Assembly: GCA_964487735.1 (NCBI GenBank)
Contig: CAZASJ010000007.1
Coordinates: 8,446 to 72,445, forward strand
Length of the DNA stretch: 64,000 nt
DNA from: an uncultured Bacteroidales bacterium
GTDB lineage: Bacteria; Bacteroidota; Bacteroidia; Bacteroidales; B18-G4
Reading direction: 5' to 3'
Shown one piece after another: positions 37,181-46,544 of this stretch (the first letter of the stretch is position 1; every line of letters starts with the position of its first letter). The notes beneath the pieces were generated by a model. It was not told the DNA's origin and made no database searches. It worked only from the letters and a program-made list of their open reading frames with translations. The position numbers were made by a program, and so were the translations under genes.

Positions 37181-40054
37181 TTAAAGGGCATCCACCTTTT
37201 TCTGAGCATCGGACCTGATCTTTGCTGCTTGTTGCTGAGCGGTATTCATGATGCCTGCGGCCTTTTTATCGGCTTCAGTAATAACATTATCTGCCTCCGC
37301 ATAGGCCTTCTTTTTATATTCCTGTGAAGCGGTCTTAGCAGCTGCCTCGGCCAGCACTCCCTTCTTCTTCCCTTCATCCACAAGCTGTTTAGTATGGGCA
37401 TCGGCCTCTGTTTTCATCCTTTGGGATGCATCTCTGGCTATGGATTTAACCTGGTCCGATTGCTTACGGGCTTCATCTATGACCTGTTTTGCCTGCTGTT
37501 CGGCCGCATTTAAGATCTTCTGAGCTTCAAGCTTGGCTTTCTGCTCCAGGGCTTCTTTCTGTTTATCAATTTCTTGCTGGACATTTTGATTGATTTCTCC
37601 GATTGCATTTTTACCCCAATTGCCAATTGCAGGCTTTACAGTTGGATCCATTAAAGTTCCTCCAATCAATACGGCCAGATCAATCGTCTCCGCTGCGCCA
37701 ATATTGATTCCCTTTGCATTTGCCTGTCCGATCAGTCCGTTCATCACATTGTTGGCCTCCGCCCCAAGAATGCTTTTAGGAAGCTTGATTTTTAGGTCAT
37801 ACCCTATTGAATTATCAAATGCAGTCCAGCCTGAAAGATTGGCTTTCATCCCCGCCATCATTATATCAAGCGGCTTTATGATCAGCTTGCCTTCATCAAA
37901 GGCAAACAATATTTTCAGAGGATCAATATCCATAGATTTGAATGAGGCTATTTTGAGTGCATCAGACAATTTATTGAGTGTATTGACATTTTCCAGCTTT
38001 ATGGCCGAGGTATTCATCAATCCCTCACCGATGAACGTCACCCAATCGGGGCTCATATCATCTTTCAGGAGGGTATTAAAACTCATGTTGGTTGAAAAAT
38101 TTCCAATGGCATGCTCGAAAATGGGTGCATATTTTTGCAAAATGCCAAAGGCCTTCGAAGCCTTAACGAAATTGATGTCTTTCATATTCAGCGAAAAATC
38201 TACCTGGGGCTTGTCCGTATCTTTGGTATTATATGAACCATTGATTCCGACCGTACCATTAAACAGATTCCCACGCAGATTGCTCAGGCTCACTTTCTCA
38301 TCTTTTATGATTACCACGCCCTTTACCTCTGCTAATTCTATATTATCGTAAATGATTTTTTCAAATTCAGCATTTATTTCAAGGTCAATATTGGCTGGCA
38401 CCATAAATGCAGTCAGAGCAATTGTATCTGAATTGGATGAAGAGCCTGTTTCTTCTTCCGCTGTTTCACCGATAAACTGGTTTGCATTAAAAATCCCTGA
38501 GGATGCCTTGAATTTTCCTTGAAGGACTTTATCGCTAAAGGCATATCCCAGATAATCTGTCATCTTTCCTGTCAGGATCATATCACTGTCAATATACCGA
38601 AAATCAAGGTTTACCAGGTCGATATATGCCGGTGAGAAATTCATCTGGGCGTGTTTGATCTCAAATGTATTGTCAAATCCCTTCATGGAATAATTGATGT
38701 CCTTCATGAGTAGAGACCCGTATGCATTAAAGTCAGTGTATGCCTGATTTTCTATTGCCGACAGTTTTCCCTTCAAGGAAATATTAGCATCCAGCAATCC
38801 TGATAGTGATTCATCCGGTCCAAGAGGATAAACTTTGCTCAAGGCCGAAAGATCGAAATGCCCATTTACGCCTGCATCCACATAAGGGTCTGAAACTACA
38901 TTCCTTAAAAGTAATTTTGCTGTCACAGGATTCTCAAGCACTGAAAAGTCAAACTTTTTCACATCTATGACAGTATTATCGGCATCCCCTCCGGGGTTTT
39001 CAATATTGATGATCATATTAATTTTATTGACAGAGGCAGGAAGTCCGGAATATTGAAAAGATGCATTTTCTACCAGCAAGTCAAGCTTGAACGAAGGCAG
39101 GTTTGTTTCCGTAAATACTCCTTTTACATAGCCCCCCAGCGTAAGATCCCCACTTGTTTGAATATCCTGAAAATCTTTCTGATAAATAGCAGGGATAAGA
39201 GAAAGGAAGCTTTTGAATGAATTCCTGGAGGCAGCAAATGTGAGGATAATATTGGGGTCCCCTCCTGCCATGGCTACAGATCCATCAAATTGCAGAACCA
39301 ATTCATTAATGCTGAGTTCATTTTTCTTAAATGTATAGATCTCATTTTTCAGATCCGCATCAATCCATGCATCAAAGGAAAGCAGTACATCATTCAAATA
39401 AGAAACGCCATCCTGAACAAGTGTGAAGCCGGAAATTGTTGTTTTAGTACTCATGGATGTTTGATCGGCTGAAAAGTTCCCTGATAGACGATGGTCCATA
39501 TCCCTGACAATGACTTTCATGTTGCCCGGGATGTCTTCATAGGTAATATTTGCATCTATGATCTCAACCTTTTTTAAACGAAGATCAAAGGCAGAAGCCT
39601 CTTCATTCGCGGTAGTTGGTGCTGAAAGCTCCTCACTTTTGACTGCGATGTCCCAATTTGCTACGTCATTCTCCAACATCCTGAGATGAATGTCAGGCTC
39701 GACAATACGAATTTTCTTGACTTCGTAAGATTCAGCATTTATGACAGTAAATAAGTTGATAACAGCAGAAACTGACGAAATATCTGCCAATGTATCTCCC
39801 TCAAATTCACCCTTCCCAACCACCGTAACACCATCAAGGTGGAAACTGAAATCCGGAAAGTTTGTAAACAAGCTAAGGCCAAAATTCTCAAAATCTACTT
39901 TTGCTTCAACATTTTTATTAATCTCTGCCTTGGCGGCTTCCATGATCTTGCCTTTAAATGCAAAAGGCAGGATGAACATAGCTGCCAGCAGGACGACAAA
40001 AACAATAAAGACCACTTTGAGCACATTTAGGGTTCTACTCGCTTTGTTTTTCAT
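37181..40054 (-). CDS. AsmA-family (AsmA/TamB/YhdP-like) envelope protein with C-terminal amphipathic-helix tail
   Basis: N-terminal TM anchor LKVVFIVFVVLLAAMFILPFAF, followed by an ~800-aa beta-rich AsmA-like body (VDFENFGLSLFTNFPDFSFHLDGVTVVG..). The last ~135 aa are K/A/Q/E-rich helical repeats. Confidence 0.8.
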   Translation of the reverse strand: MKNKASRTLNVLKVVFIVFVVLLAAMFILPFAFKGKIMEAAKAEINKNVEAKVDFENFGLSLFTNFPDFSFHLDGVTVVGKGEFEGDTLADISSVSAVINLFTVINAESYEVKKIRIVEPDIHLRMLENDVANWDIAVKSEELSAPTTANEEASAFDLRLKKVEIIDANITYEDIPGNMKVIVRDMDHRLSGNFSADQTSMSTKTTISGFTLVQDGVSYLNDVLLSFDAWIDADLKNEIYTFKKNELSINELVLQFDGSVAMAGGDPNIILTFAASRNSFKSFLSLIPAIYQKDFQDIQTSGDLTLGGYVKGVFTETNLPSFKLDLLVENASFQYSGLPASVNKINMIINIENPGGDADNTVIDVKKFDFSVLENPVTAKLLLRNVVSDPYVDAGVNGHFDLSALSKVYPLGPDESLSGLLDANISLKGKLSAIENQAYTDFNAYGSLLMKDINYSMKGFDNTFEIKHAQMNFSPAYIDLVNLDFRYIDSDMILTGKMTDYLGYAFSDKVLQGKFKASSGIFNANQFIGETAEEETGSSSNSDTIALTAFMVPANIDLEINAEFEKIIYDNIELAEVKGVVIIKDEKVSLSNLRGNLFNGTVGINGSYNTKDTDKPQVDFSLNMKDINFVKASKAFGILQKYAPIFEHAIGNFSTNMSFNTLLKDDMSPDWVTFIGEGLMNTSAIKLENVNTLNKLSDALKIASFKSMDIDPLKILFAFDEGKLIIKPLDIMMAGMKANLSGWTAFDNSIGYDLKIKLPKSILGAEANNVMNGLIGQANAKGINIGAAETIDLAVLIGGTLMDPTVKPAIGNWGKNAIGEINQNVQQEIDKQKEALEQKAKLEAQKILNAAEQQAKQVIDEARKQSDQVKSIARDASQRMKTEADAHTKQLVDEGKKKGVLAEAAAKTASQEYKKKAYAEADNVITEADKKAAGIMNTAQQQAAKIRSDAQKKVDAL

Positions 40055-40356
40055 AATAGTAAAATTGAAATGAGACTGTTGTATATGCTTTAAAAATAAA
40101 AACTTATGGCAAAATTAGTCTTAAATTAAAGAATATGCATCTATATTCCTTTTTTTGACAGAAAATATAGAACATAGATAGTTTATTAGCAGAAATTAAG
40201 ACACTTCACAATGCCGAAGGAATCCAATGCAGTCATTCATAAACATAAATATATCACAGAACATTAATTGCACAATATTCCTTACATTTATCAATTAATT
40301 TAAAATTCTGATCGGGAAAAGAGGGATTTTATTTATAATCATCTAGCCACAATCAC

Positions 40357-41952
40357 ATGAAGGAAAGCCTGTTACACCTATCCAACATTGAAGATTACAA
40401 TGTGCTTCCGGATACCGGAAAGAATATTCTGGAGAACTTCATCCATGAATTCAGAAAAAACAAAAATGAATCTTTTGCCTGGGATGAAAATTCGGGAACA
40501 AGCACCCGTAAAAGTTTTTTCCTGAAGGCAGCAGTGGTGTCACAATTGATTAAGTCACGGGTTCACGGGAAATATGTCGGAATCATGCTGCCTGCATTGC
40601 AATCAACTACTTTGCTGATCATTTCATCCTATATGGCGGGAAAGATACCGGTGATGTTGAATTGGACTGTCGGGCATAAAGTACTGACTGCCTGCGCCAA
40701 TATTACAAAACTGGAAGTAATCATCACCGCAGGTGCTTTTTATGAGAAAATTCAGGATCAACTTCCAGAGGACATCAGCAAACGACTGTTGTTGCTGGAC
40801 AAGGAAGTGAAGAATATTAGCCTGGGCATGAAAATTAAGGGCGTCTTGATGTCAAAATTCCCTGCTTTGATCAATACAAAACTCGACGAAACTGCCGTCG
40901 TTTTATTCACATCCGGAAGTGAGACAGTTCCTAAAGCAGTTCCATTGACTCATAAGAATGTTGTGAGCAACCTGGCTTTTTCCTTGAAGAATTTTGAAAT
41001 TCGTGTGAACGGTATATTCCTTAGTTTTCTCCCTCCCTTTCACAGTTTTGGTTTCACAGTGTTATCGGTCCTCCCCCTTATAACTGGAGTAAAGGCGGCC
41101 TATACTCCCAATCCAACCAATATACGGGAGGTGGTGGATGTGTTAAAACATACGAAAGCCAACAACATCATTGTAACGCCCACCCTGTTGAGGATGATCA
41201 TGGAACGTGCTTCAAAAGAAGATATGGCTTCTGTTGAGTTGGTTATCTCAGGAGCTGAAAGCCTTCATAAAGATACCTTCAATCAGTTCATGTCACTGAC
41301 CGGAAATCAATCCATTATTATTGAGGGCTACGGAATAACCGAATGCAGTCCGATCGTGAGCCTCACTCCTAAAGACAAGCCCAAACTGAATAGCGTGGGG
41401 AAGATCATTGAGGGACTCAGTTGCCACATCATCAACATAGAAACCGACATGCCTCTTTCTCAGGGAGAAGAGGGGATGATCATGGTTAAAGGCGACAGTA
41501 TTTTCAATGGATATATGGATGATGGCATCGAAAACCCCTTTGTTGAGATTGAAGGGGAAATGTATTATCGTACCGGCGACCTAGGCTACCTGGATGAAGA
41601 AGGTTATTTGTTTATCACCGGCAGATTAAAGCGATTTGTCAAGATCGGTGGTGAGATGGTGAGCATGCCCTATCTGGAAAAAATACTTCTTGAAAAATAC
41701 GGTGAAGAAGGCAGGCAGGTATTGGCAGTAGAAGGGAGTGATAAAACCAAAGAGCCTAACGTTACCTTGTTTACTGTCAATGAGCTTGAACTGAGCGAAG
41801 TCAATAAGTATCTGAGGGAAGTTGGGGTTGCTTCTATTTTTAAGATCCGCGCCATCCGCGTTATAGAGGAAATACCCTTATTGGGAAGTGGAAAAACAAA
41901 TTACCGCGCACTAAAAGCGATCCTTGAGAAAGACATCCCTAAAGAAGAATAA
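40357..41952 (+). CDS. AMP-binding acyl-activating enzyme (Aas C-terminal/acyl-ACP synthetase-like)
   Basis: Adenylation motifs VLFTSGSETVPKAVPLTHKNV, GYGITECSP, YRTGDLGYLDEEGYLFITGRLKRFVKIGGEMVS and GSGKTNY. Confidence 0.85.
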   Translation: MKESLLHLSNIEDYNVLPDTGKNILENFIHEFRKNKNESFAWDENSGTSTRKSFFLKAAVVSQLIKSRVHGKYVGIMLPALQSTTLLIISSYMAGKIPVMLNWTVGHKVLTACANITKLEVIITAGAFYEKIQDQLPEDISKRLLLLDKEVKNISLGMKIKGVLMSKFPALINTKLDETAVVLFTSGSETVPKAVPLTHKNVVSNLAFSLKNFEIRVNGIFLSFLPPFHSFGFTVLSVLPLITGVKAAYTPNPTNIREVVDVLKHTKANNIIVTPTLLRMIMERASKEDMASVELVISGAESLHKDTFNQFMSLTGNQSIIIEGYGITECSPIVSLTPKDKPKLNSVGKIIEGLSCHIINIETDMPLSQGEEGMIMVKGDSIFNGYMDDGIENPFVEIEGEMYYRTGDLGYLDEEGYLFITGRLKRFVKIGGEMVSMPYLEKILLEKYGEEGRQVLAVEGSDKTKEPNVTLFTVNELELSEVNKYLREVGVASIFKIRAIRVIEEIPLLGSGKTNYRALKAILEKDIPKEE

Positions 41953-41970
41953 ACAGAGGAGTTCTGTTTT
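41951..41970. terminator. Candidate bidirectional terminator hairpin between convergent genes
   Basis: AAACAGA-GGAGT-TCTGTTTT overlaps or follows the stop of 40357..41952. The stem is short, so support is weak. Confidence 0.35.
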
Positions 41971-41980
41971 CGGAAATAAC

Positions 41981-43339
41981 TTAAAATCCATGTTTATCTA
42001 CCAGATAAATAATGGCGGCCATGCATCCTGACCCCAGCTGCAATTCACGAATATGGACCTTATCAAAGGTATCGTAGGCCGAATGATGAAGATCCATGTA
42101 GCGTTGCGGATCTGTCCTGTATCCTATCAAGGGAACAGCAAATTTCTTCAGTGGGCCGATATCAACGCCACTTCCACCCTTTTTTATATAATCAATTCCA
42201 TAAGGCTCCAGCAAGGGTTGATAGGCTGATATTATATTAAAAACACTGTCAACTGCATCGACAGTAAAGCCTTCAGGCGTGAAGCCTCCGGCATCCGCTT
42301 CAAGGGCAAAATAATTCAGGATATTATTCAATTCTGAATACTCAGCATAGGCCTTCCCTCCCGATTGGTAAAGTTCTTCATCCATGAACATGATGGCCCT
42401 GATCGTTCTTTTATTATCAATTCCAAGTTCTTTAAAAATCCTCAGGATATCTGCCGTTTGTACGCAACCAATGCCATCATCATGCGCTCCCGGACTGTTG
42501 AACCAGGCATCAATATGACCTCCCACTAAAATATACTCATCTGGATATTCACTCCCCCTGATATCAGCGATCAGGTTATAGGACGTTATCTCCTCTATAT
42601 CTTCAGCATCGATAATCAATTTCAGTTTTACATTTTCGTCGGCCTGCAATATTTCACTTAGAAGGTCGGCATCAATGGTACTAATAGCTGCACTGGGTAT
42701 TTTAACATCATTGAAACGTGTAGAGCCCGTATGGGGAAATGTATCCATCCTGGTTCCAACTGATCTTACCAGCACCCCGGCGGCGCCCAGTTCTGCAGCC
42801 AGGGCAGGTCCTCGGGAACGCTGATCCACCGCATTGCCATATATCCTGAACGTATTGATAAGCGTCAGGTCCACAGGTCGGTGAAAGAATACGATCCTGT
42901 CTTTTAACTGAGCCGGGTCCAGGGTCTTCAGTTCTTCCAATCCCTGCACTTCTATAAGCTGTGCCAGCAATCCTTCTCCTGGAGTGGATGGAGATGGTCC
43001 CAATGCATCAACCCGTAGCCCAATTTCATTTCCATCAAACAAAACACTGGCAGAAGTAGAATGGCATTTCCAGGCAGGGGTTTTAAATTCCTGAAGAAAA
43101 ACAGTGTCTGCACCGAGTTCTTCAAAATATCCCTTCATATAGTCCAGGGCTATGATCGATTCTTCAGAACCCACCAACCTGCCCGGGGCAGATTCGCAGA
43201 GGTATTCCAGATTATGATATGCTACATCACTTAGAAGAACATTATCAAAGATTTGGCTGATCGTTTTTTCATCAGGGTTCTGTGAGAAAGAAGCATTAAG
43301 CATCAATGCGAAAACAAAAAACAGGAGGAAACGTAACAT
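41981..43339 (-). CDS. M28-family aminopeptidase with PA domain
   Basis: Signal peptide. M28 metal-ligand block LVGGHIDAWFNSPGAHDDGIGC, followed by MFMDEE and a later HHSAYD. Confidence 0.85.
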   Translation of the reverse strand: MLRFLLFFVFALMLNASFSQNPDEKTISQIFDNVLLSDVAYHNLEYLCESAPGRLVGSEESIIALDYMKGYFEELGADTVFLQEFKTPAWKCHSTSASVLFDGNEIGLRVDALGPSPSTPGEGLLAQLIEVQGLEELKTLDPAQLKDRIVFFHRPVDLTLINTFRIYGNAVDQRSRGPALAAELGAAGVLVRSVGTRMDTFPHTGSTRFNDVKIPSAAISTIDADLLSEILQADENVKLKLIIDAEDIEEITSYNLIADIRGSEYPDEYILVGGHIDAWFNSPGAHDDGIGCVQTADILRIFKELGIDNKRTIRAIMFMDEELYQSGGKAYAEYSELNNILNYFALEADAGGFTPEGFTVDAVDSVFNIISAYQPLLEPYGIDYIKKGGSGVDIGPLKKFAVPLIGYRTDPQRYMDLHHSAYDTFDKVHIRELQLGSGCMAAIIYLVDKHGF

Positions 43340-43375
43340 GCTTTTTTGTTGGTATAATTTAAGTATCTATTGACA

Positions 43376-46186
43376 TTATATCGGGTTCATCTCATTCAGC
43401 TTTTCTTTAGCAATATTGGCTTTCTCATAATCATCCTCAGCATCTTTCCAGATATCCACCGCTCTTTCAAGGAATTCCATTGCCTTTCTGTCGTCACCCT
43501 TTTCAAAGTATATAAGTGCTGCTTCATAATTGCTAACTGGATCATAGGGTATATGCGTCATGCTGATCAATACCTCTTTTTCTGCATTTTGGATATCATC
43601 CATATTTCGATAACATTCAGAGATCCTGGTATGCAAAGGATAAAGGGAGGCATTCATCTTCAGGCATTCCCTATAATAATCAATGGCCTGAGAATACTCT
43701 TCTTTCAACTGGCTTAATTTTGCCTGAGCATAATAAATATTTGCGAGGAGCATTTCTTCCCCAAAATCCTTAATAAGGTCTTCGGCTCCCGTAATAGCTG
43801 CTTCGGCCTTTTCTACTTCACCTGTTTCCGCATAAATAAGTAAATAACCAAAAGGCACGACATTGTCTAAAGGAGGTTCAAGCTTTGCAGCAATTTCTTC
43901 CAAAATCTTAAAGGCTTTATCAAGTTCTCCTGCATGAATATATGGTTCCATATTAAAGACCCTGAAGACCATCAGATCTTTGGGTGGCAAAATGGATTCG
44001 TAACATGCTAATTTCTGTTCATATGCTTCGAGGCTCCTGGCTGTTTGTCCCCTGGTAATGTATAGTTTTTCCAAACCACCATATACCTTGGCACTGTCCC
44101 GCGCGGACTTAGCAATATTCAGTGCATCCAAATATTGTTCGAGGGCATGATCAAAATCAAGGGAAAACAATGAAAGATTTGCCAGATCATTCTTAATGGT
44201 TAATTCTTCGCTGGCATTTGCAAGCAACATTGCCTTGTTATAATTCTCTCTTGCTTTCTCAATATTGCCGGTTTGCATGTAAAAAGTTCCCAGGTTCTTG
44301 TACGATCCCATTTCCTGAGGTAACTTATCGGCATAAAGCTGATAATTGATTAGAGCCGAATCATAATTCCCTAATTGCATGTAATAATCCGCCAAAGTTT
44401 CCAACACCTGGTATCTTTCCGGGTCCAGGCGCAGAATCTCATTAAACTCATGAATCGCCTCTGTATACATATTGCGTATCGCATATCGCTGTGCTAATGT
44501 AGAGTGTGCATTTATATCATCAGGATAAAGATCTGCCCACATTTTTACAGTTGCCAGTGCTTTTTCAGGTTCCTGATCCAATACATAATTAATATATTTT
44601 ACAATAAATTGCTGACGCTCCGGAAGCTTATAAAGAAGGTCAATTGCCGACTCCAAAGCACCTTGTGCTGCCTCAAAATTATTGGTATTGAAATATGAAA
44701 TGGTTATCGTTACAAAGGCCAGTGCAAAACCGGGATCTTCCTTTAGTGCAAGGTCGAGGTATCTGACATTCTCGTCCCAATTATAAAAAATGGCTTCTTT
44801 GCCTGCCATTGTGAAATAATAAAGAGCCTTTTCAGAATTTGTAAAAATTTCAGAAACGGGCAGGTCAATGGTTTCTGAGATATGAGATTCGGGCAGGCCC
44901 AATGCTTTTTTGACCTCAATAGATAATTTATCAACCAATTTGAAAATACTTTTGTCTTCAACTATAATTTCGGCGATCTCCCGTGTAAGTTTGGTATCGT
45001 ATACCTTCACATAAGCCCTGTAAATGCCATTTTCCTTGTTCAGGTCGCCAAACATGAAGTAATTCATGTATTTTTCAGCTGCGAAGCGTTTCATTAGCGT
45101 TATAGGGAGGCCGGTACCATCTTCATATCCTGCTTCCGCCATTTTTTGAAAACTAGACATTGTATTTCCGGGTGTTATAAGCAGATCCTGTGAGAGGTCG
45201 TATTCCAGCATGGGAGGTATGCTATACTGCAAATAATCAAGGGCAGTATCTTCTGATATGTTTTGAAAACTGAAAATTAAAATTTTCTTTCTGAACTCAT
45301 TTTTAACAATGACCTTTTCAATCTTTTCACCATCTTCATTCTCAAGGGTCATCTTTGTTGTGATGGCCCCAAGGTCTTTCCCCTGAAAAACAAATACAAG
45401 CATTAGAGTTGCTGCTAAAATATTCACAGGCAAACCTATCAATTCAACCTTTGTCCACCTGCTGGTATCTCTTCTCCCATGATAATAAGAAACAAGTAAT
45501 ATACTCGGCAGCAATGATATGAGAATATACCAAACAAAGTTGGTAAGGTGAGGTGAAAGCATGTATTCCTTTGCCATGTAGCCCACGACCAGTTTGATCA
45601 TAAAAGCAGATATCAGATAAAGGCCAAGAATCTGGATCACACGTCGTTTCCACATATCTTTAAAAAACGGTATCCTTTCCCGGGATCCAATCCCAAATTC
45701 TTCTACAATCTGATAAATCTCAACTGCAGAATTAACCCCTTTCAAGTCTTTTTTCCCAATAGAAACAGTATTGATATCTGTCTGGTTCCGAATCTGGCTT
45801 CTTACGTCCTCAGAAATACAAATTCCGCCTGCAGGAGCCAGGGGCTCAATTCTGGCCGCAATATTAACGGCAGAACCAAATACATCGCCTTCTTCGAAGA
45901 TAACATCTCCAATATGTATTCCGGCCCTGATCGTAAGTTCTTCGTCTTTCAGTTTCTCCTGAGCAGCTATGGCGAAGCGCACAGCCCTGTTGGCACTGGT
46001 AAACATCATCAGCAGGCCATCGCCAATTTCCTTAATTACTTCTCCCCCAAATTCCTTTACCATAGGGAATAAGAGTTCTCTTTGCCTGGCTAGAAGTTTC
46101 ATCGTTCCCTCTTCATCGGCTTCCATCCGCCTGGTATAACCAACGATATCAGTAAATACTATTGCAGCCAATTTATGATCTTTCAT
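43376..46186 (-). CDS. Class III adenylate/guanylate cyclase domain - 3 TM - large TPR-repeat protein
   Basis: N-terminal cyclase blocks AAIVFTDIVGYTRRME, KEIGDGLLMMF, RAGIHIGDV and GDVFGSAVNIAARIE. Three hydrophobic segments follow, then ~640 aa of TPR-like repeats. Confidence 0.85.
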   Translation of the reverse strand: MKDHKLAAIVFTDIVGYTRRMEADEEGTMKLLARQRELLFPMVKEFGGEVIKEIGDGLLMMFTSANRAVRFAIAAQEKLKDEELTIRAGIHIGDVIFEEGDVFGSAVNIAARIEPLAPAGGICISEDVRSQIRNQTDINTVSIGKKDLKGVNSAVEIYQIVEEFGIGSRERIPFFKDMWKRRVIQILGLYLISAFMIKLVVGYMAKEYMLSPHLTNFVWYILISLLPSILLVSYYHGRRDTSRWTKVELIGLPVNILAATLMLVFVFQGKDLGAITTKMTLENEDGEKIEKVIVKNEFRKKILIFSFQNISEDTALDYLQYSIPPMLEYDLSQDLLITPGNTMSSFQKMAEAGYEDGTGLPITLMKRFAAEKYMNYFMFGDLNKENGIYRAYVKVYDTKLTREIAEIIVEDKSIFKLVDKLSIEVKKALGLPESHISETIDLPVSEIFTNSEKALYYFTMAGKEAIFYNWDENVRYLDLALKEDPGFALAFVTITISYFNTNNFEAAQGALESAIDLLYKLPERQQFIVKYINYVLDQEPEKALATVKMWADLYPDDINAHSTLAQRYAIRNMYTEAIHEFNEILRLDPERYQVLETLADYYMQLGNYDSALINYQLYADKLPQEMGSYKNLGTFYMQTGNIEKARENYNKAMLLANASEELTIKNDLANLSLFSLDFDHALEQYLDALNIAKSARDSAKVYGGLEKLYITRGQTARSLEAYEQKLACYESILPPKDLMVFRVFNMEPYIHAGELDKAFKILEEIAAKLEPPLDNVVPFGYLLIYAETGEVEKAEAAITGAEDLIKDFGEEMLLANIYYAQAKLSQLKEEYSQAIDYYRECLKMNASLYPLHTRISECYRNMDDIQNAEKEVLISMTHIPYDPVSNYEAALIYFEKGDDRKAMEFLERAVDIWKDAEDDYEKANIAKEKLNEMNPI

Positions 46187-46292
46187 GCTTTTAAGAAAAT
46201 TAATTATAGCAAAGCTAAGTATTTATATAACATTAAAGAAGGAAGGATGTTTAGAGGGATCGCTAAAGAAAGGAAATTCTAAAATTGACTAT

Positions 46293-46416
46293 CCCCGTGC
46301 AAGCCAAGGGGTATTACTTTACCCCTCTGTCAGTCATTCGACTGACATCTCCCCTCATATTTAGAAGAGAATATGAGGAACCCTTAGGCTAGCCACACAA
46401 AACTAATTGATTTAAG
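46293..46416. repeat. Multi-hairpin intergenic repeat, copy B (more diverged)
   Basis: CCCCGTGCAAGCCAAGGGGTATTAC + TTTACCCCTCTGTCAGTCATTCGACTGACATCTCCCCT + GAGAATATGAGGAA + ..CTAATTGATTTAAG. Module order is collinear with copy A. It lies between divergent gene starts. Confidence 0.7.
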
Positions 46417-46544
46417 AAATCCCTGACTTTTATGCTAATTTCATTCAGGCCTAGATGGGTCTGATGATGAATCTTCGAGTGATTATTATATGACCATAAA
46501 TATACAATCGAACACAATCAATGCTAAAAATATTTAAATGAAAA

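Noticed and set aside
37590-38351. 253-aa plus-strand ORF inside the AsmA-family gene, and similar nested ORFs (e.g. 24047..24674, 46911..47325, 51315..51731, 31641..32588, 49203..49550)
   Set aside because: All lie antisense or out of frame within long ORFs that have strong family motifs. Their sequences are low-complexity (S/P/L/I-rich) with no recognisable domains, so they are treated as shadow ORFs.
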